From Candidatus Hodarchaeota archaeon (lineage in GTDB: Archaea; Asgardarchaeota; Heimdallarchaeia; Hodarchaeales; Hodarchaeaceae), in assembly GCA_016839785.1 (NCBI GenBank), contig JAEOTQ010000038.1, forward strand, positions 1 through 20,477: a DNA stretch of 20,477 nucleotides, read 5' to 3'. Positions 17,101-20,477 of the stretch are shown one piece after another. The translations under genes and the position numbers were made by a program. The number at the start of each line of letters is the position of its first letter. Position 1 is the first letter of the stretch. The notes under the pieces were generated by a model, which was not told where the DNA came from, did not search any database, and was given only the letters and a program-made list of their open reading frames with translations.

Positions 17101-19915
17101 TTGTGATTCCAGGTGAGAGAAATGGATCAGACCATTCAATTCCATCATAGAGATAAACTTCATATTTCCATTCTTGATGTTTTTTTGTGAGTATTGAAGG
17201 AACTTGGGTAGCATTTTCCAGACTGGGGACCACCACGCTATTATTCAACCACACAATTTTTGATTCTGAGGTAATTACTGAATCTCCATCAATGTCTGTT
17301 GGAATATACTCAACTACTAATGTATTGAGAGTGGTGGCTGTAGAGGGGAAAATACCAATTGAAACGATTTCAGGAGCTGAGTTCATGATCATGATGGTTT
17401 CGCTTGACGACCAATCACCGTAATCATATTCGTCACGAACTCTGACCTCTGCATACCACTCATCGTCTCTAATAAGCTGAGCAGTTGTTAAATTCTGTAT
17501 ATCATCGAATTGAGGTTGGTATACTGTATTTTTATACCATCGAATTGAAACACCAGTCTCATTCCCTCCATCGGTATCAGAAAAGGTATAATTTACGAAG
17601 AGATACCCCTCAGCTTTTGCATTGCTTTGAGTAAGATTAATTAACGTCGCAGAGGGAGGATCGTTTGGAGCTTGATCTATACTTATCGTCGGAGAGGTAT
17701 AATACATGCTGTAATTGTACCCATCACTAATATTCATTTCACACCTCCACAAATTTCCAGAATTGGTCAAGGAATTGTCAATTGTAAAAATATCAACCGC
17801 TACAATATCAAACCAACCACTGGAAGAGTTGTATTTTTTCCAACGGATATTTAAAAGGCTTTCATTTTTCACATCAACAAGAGAATTATCTTGATTATCG
17901 GCATCAAAATAGGAATAATTTCCATCAAGATCCTGACCATCTGCTATTGTTACGGGTGTGGAGAAATTATTTATTGTTACAGTTAATACTGGAGGGGTGT
18001 TCTCAATAGTGACAGCTCCTGATACTACATTATTTCCATATCCCTCACCATCTCCTGGGATAATTTCATATTTCCATTGTTCATCTTTCTTTGTCAATGA
18101 GGAAGAAACACTGGATTGGTTTGTGAGTAGCGATTGTAAGACAAAACCAGTTCCATTATCTCTAGACCAGTAAATTATTGAATCTGTATCGATATCACCA
18201 ATATCTGGGTCTTCCCATAAATAAGAAATTGTTAGATCGTTCCCAGTTTTCGGATTGCTTGGCATAATATCAGGAAAGGTAATAGTAGGTAGAGTATTTT
18301 GAACGGTAACATTTGCTGATGTACTTATATTGCCAAAATCAATTCCGTCACTCGGTTTAACCGTAGCTCTCCATATGTGGCTTTTAACTAAAGCTGACGA
18401 GGAGATGTTTTCTTCATCATTATAAGCGGGTAGGAGATCCCACTGTTCTCCAGTTGTATTCCATGTATACCAACGAATCTCAGTCCCTGATTCGCTGTCA
18501 TTGTTGGGATCTGTGAAGATATAACTTAAATGTAGAGTATCATTACTTTTCAAAGGATCAGGAGTAAGCGTTAAATTTCCTGCAGTAGGAGCAACATTCT
18601 CTGCTGAAATAACAATGAGCATTAAATCTACATTCCAAGTATCTTGTGTAAGATCATTTAGCTCTTCAGTTCCCTTAAATCTAATTGTTAGAGTAGAGGA
18701 AGTCAAGTAACTCACAATTGATACATTATTCCATGAATTAGGAGTTAAACTAGAAATTAACGGGTTCCACGATCCGATTCCGTCCCAAATATCCACTCTT
18801 AAACTTTCTGTTCCTAAAACTCCAGTAAAAATTGCTAGTTCTTCAAATTCTCGATGATATTCAGCACTTGTCCATTGATATTCGAAATCTAATTCATATG
18901 GTGAGACTGCTCTATGAATACTGAATCCTATATGTACAGAATCTTTAAAACCAGTTTCCCAGTTGAATGTGACCGAACTTGCTCCTGCTTGGGTACTTCC
19001 TGCTCCCCATCGATCAGTTGCTCCCATCTCCACTCTCCATCTACGATCTTGATCTGAACCTTCGGTAGGTAATCCTGTATCGACTGAGACGAAAACATCT
19101 TGGACTAGGTCTCCGGGACGACTGTTAACAGTGATTGATGAATTAGTAGTCTGAGTTCCTTGTGTTACCATTCCTCCTAAATCTAAAGGAGTTGTCTGAT
19201 CTACTCCTGTATAGGAGACTATTGTAACAGCTACATCATCCGTTCCTGTTAAAGTTATCGTTCCGCTCGAAAAACCTGGGTTAGGGTTAAGCTGTTGCCA
19301 TATTTCTATACTAGGGCCCACTGGGGGTTTCGCGAATGATTCAGTTCGATTAATCTGAGTCAATGTCATTCCGTTGTAAATTACACTATTTACGATAGTT
19401 CCGATGTTGGTATGTATATATACAAGTAATAATCGATCTGTTCCAGAAACAGTGTGATTAAAATTTATTATACTACTCGAAGCGATATAAGTTGAAATCG
19501 AATCAACTGTGATAGGAGGGGGTTCTTGGGATACCTCTTGAATTTGCATAACATTTGAGTCTATAGCTGTTCCCTGAGCATTGACAAATGAACTTTCTAT
19601 CCCAATATCGTCTAATCCATCTTCATTCGAAATATTATTATCTACATCATTTTCCTCTCCTCCCTCAATAGCATAACGGATATGTGGGTATCCAGAAGGT
19701 ACTCTTTCAGGCGAATCTGCTTGACTTTCTAGTGTCTCCTTTTCTTGTTTTGGTAACTGAATTGTCGGTAACAGGTTTAATTCATTACCTCGTAATTTAG
19801 CAATGATTTTTTGAGTATCTACAGTCGTTGTTGGTGGTATGATTAAGAAAGAGGATCCAATATTCATAAAAAAAATTGTTAGAACCAATATGGATAGGAT
19901 TCGAGTATGTTTCAT
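14171..19915 (-). CDS. Giant single-pass surface glycoprotein: signal peptide, N-terminal beta domains, nine Ig/cadherin-like repeats, TM helix, cytoplasmic longin-like tail homologous to that of the 2399-aa protein
   Basis: N-terminus MKHTRILSILVLTIFFMNIGSS. Nine repeats of N-x-x-P...Y.(F/Y).D.D.D.E...I.W...W...V...DG at ~15785-18600. TM LVVAVLGMLAFFLAVSVSYFIY at ~15024-15094 followed by QRRK. The tail contains YTILVT..G.P..N..N..YK and LSGLSVGID.FLESFQ.DFIS. Confidence 0.85.
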   Translation of the reverse strand: MKHTRILSILVLTIFFMNIGSSFLIIPPTTTVDTQKIIAKLRGNELNLLPTIQLPKQEKETLESQADSPERVPSGYPHIRYAIEGGEENDVDNNISNEDGLDDIGIESSFVNAQGTAIDSNVMQIQEVSQEPPPITVDSISTYIASSSIINFNHTVSGTDRLLLVYIHTNIGTIVNSVIYNGMTLTQINRTESFAKPPVGPSIEIWQQLNPNPGFSSGTITLTGTDDVAVTIVSYTGVDQTTPLDLGGMVTQGTQTTNSSITVNSRPGDLVQDVFVSVDTGLPTEGSDQDRRWRVEMGATDRWGAGSTQAGASSVTFNWETGFKDSVHIGFSIHRAVSPYELDFEYQWTSAEYHREFEELAIFTGVLGTESLRVDIWDGIGSWNPLISSLTPNSWNNVSIVSYLTSSTLTIRFKGTEELNDLTQDTWNVDLMLIVISAENVAPTAGNLTLTPDPLKSNDTLHLSYIFTDPNNDSESGTEIRWYTWNTTGEQWDLLPAYNDEENISSSALVKSHIWRATVKPSDGIDFGNISTSANVTVQNTLPTITFPDIMPSNPKTGNDLTISYLWEDPDIGDIDTDSIIYWSRDNGTGFVLQSLLTNQSSVSSSLTKKDEQWKYEIIPGDGEGYGNNVVSGAVTIENTPPVLTVTINNFSTPVTIADGQDLDGNYSYFDADNQDNSLVDVKNESLLNIRWKKYNSSSGWFDIVAVDIFTIDNSLTNSGNLWRCEMNISDGYNYSMYYTSPTISIDQAPNDPPSATLINLTQSNAKAEGYLFVNYTFSDTDGGNETGVSIRWYKNTVYQPQFDDIQNLTTAQLIRDDEWYAEVRVRDEYDYGDWSSSETIMIMNSAPEIVSIGIFPSTATTLNTLVVEYIPTDIDGDSVITSESKIVWLNNSVVVPSLENATQVPSILTKKHQEWKYEVYLYDGIEWSDPFLSPGITIQNSIPTINNVTLVGGVNTSDDITIIYDFYDSDGDEESGTQYRWTLLPGGSLTPSSSKVLSSSHSWFIAGTQVFCILYISDGEYFDVFGVFSLDFVGGTKTIGNSDPELVTGPLIQNTEGTLIFTVQTGIKVIYSATDADQEEGNLPYGITEDSGYVVGSLYRWYQNGELTGFTGTTVDSAELKKGDRWVVSVKLQDNALPSGTSEWINSSEIIIINSPPDFVNLRFVDNSTGITLTNTSHVNTTIRIEFHFDDLDTVDTTPENAQIYWYWSNGVDPFELKPQYTNNRWISSINLSKGDYWIVNLMVFDGEAWSASKNTTYALRIVNSDSILSNLHFEFNTDFDFVDPQTRVNEFYVETEDINISYDYFDYDNDPENIIIRWYVQYSNGTVVEVYQYENASIIPAYGTSPGEKWWASVTTYDEMIEGMNITSSKINIVFHPNIGDLTKEPGSTNDGEYNLTVQVLNYNVSENIIVEFKFPGNVVYYGIPTGNGYWHQIINLTEDIGTNITLTITISMSISGTSFLVVSEEIYNILIEDVTSPRAFALDVDEAIELDDQNRPTNITFYVGIIENNAEIAEVLMFYTILDLSSSSLGTGASILEVGPIIMTFIGYKDNIEIYSGSITNLELTTAIKLHIRVQTRDSLNNTNPSAFEGDYTIPYDPKIQDFAGPLVVAVLGMLAFFLAVSVSYFIYQRRKDKTSSEKRSIEDKLAFLTDTYTILVTSAAGVPIWNISNIIYKADESLTGTLSGLSVGIDAFLESFQEDFISQMSDISLSRDHPEAETTYRLSVIEQNKIQIMILGSASYRIFAFLKEIPSSFLRNTFLKAIKDLQHNLPLYDTGIINESLLGPNIRRTLRKHLPIGLLEPFKIDLERLAYFDSLHRQKIEDTVLSKGAISVLKFLVVTSLTPPTTSSTKQALLKLYDQSISDHSRRHSGILLYSDVMKLLSQVGGFALKDVSEALWMGIDDRVKILIPF

Positions 19916-20107
19916 CCCAGATATTCTTCCTCTTCTTCTACAATTAATCCAATAATTGCTGATTTTTGAATTCGCTTTACGAAATTCAGAAAATTGAGGT
20001 AATTCTACTTAAGTATCACATCTTATAAGAATTCTTAAACGTAGAAAATATGCTAATGATATCTATCTGAAAATTGGTAACTCTCAGTATATCAATCTTG
20101 ATTGTGA

Positions 20108-20305
20108 CTATAATTTCGAAACAAATTCAGGACATGCAGTTTCTTCCTTCAACATAATAGCAAAATTATTATGTAGAATTAGTAATCGACATAACCCTTT
20201 CTCTTGTTCAGCCATATCTCCACTTATTCGGATGGGTGCCTTTTCTGTTAAATAAGCACATTCTCCACAAGTTTTGCCCTTATAAGAAAATATCTTATCA
20301 TCCAA
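20108..20305 (-). CDS. Small four-cysteine protein (putative metal-binding)
   Basis: TTG start preceded by GGAG/GAGG. Pattern KTCGECAY...GLC...ACPEF. Confidence 0.6.
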   Translation of the reverse strand: MDDKIFSYKGKTCGECAYLTEKAPIRISGDMAEQEKGLCRLLILHNNFAIMLKEETACPEFVSKL

Positions 20306-20477
20306 ATCCTCAATCTCCTGTTTAAATTAGTCTAACGATTAATCGATTTCTTAAGTCTTTCTGGTCAATAGAGGATAAAATTTAAAATCTAGCCACACGA
20401 GCTTTGAATTACAAAATACAGAAGATTATATTACACAAAATTATACCTCATAAGGAGAGATTTTTCAATGCCTGAAA

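Noticed and set aside
6673-18173. Short ORFs nested in the two giant genes
   Set aside because: They lie entirely within long CDSs with coherent domain structure and are expected by chance.
20021-20030. Palindrome TCTTATAAGA upstream of the 1914-aa gene
   Set aside because: A single short AT-rich palindrome; it could be a TATA box or operator but cannot be told from chance.
20448-20477. Possible 3' end of a minus-strand gene (FQALKNLSL*)
   Set aside because: Too short to support from this window.
1-20477. CRISPR arrays, tRNA/rRNA genes, IS elements, integrases
   Set aside because: By eye I saw no regularly spaced repeats, RNA gene signatures, terminal inverted repeats or recombinase motifs. 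A covariance-model scan was not run.

Overview
AT-rich archaeal window, most likely Asgard archaea (Heimdallarchaeia-like). That assignment is inferred from a Rab-like GTPase without a prenylation motif, several longin-like domains and sequon-rich surface proteins. Left part: the 5' end of a ZIP metal transporter, a soluble protein with two longin-like segments, and an operon of an SDR plus two 2-hydroxyacyl-CoA dehydratase/benzoyl-CoA reductase-family subunits. Right part: two giant single-pass membrane proteins (2399 aa and 1914 aa) with largely unrelated adhesin-like ectodomains but a homologous ~280-290 aa cytoplasmic tail that begins with a longin-like domain. A Rab-like GTPase and a CxxC protein lie between them. 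The 2399-aa gene is bracketed by two direct copies of the last 153 nt of the dehydratase alpha gene (131/153 identical, offset 7925 nt), which suggests it was captured as a cassette. The best candidate for a new system is a family of interchangeable surface receptors coupled through a longin-like tail to a Rab-like GTPase. All domain calls are by-eye motif recognition; no searches were run.
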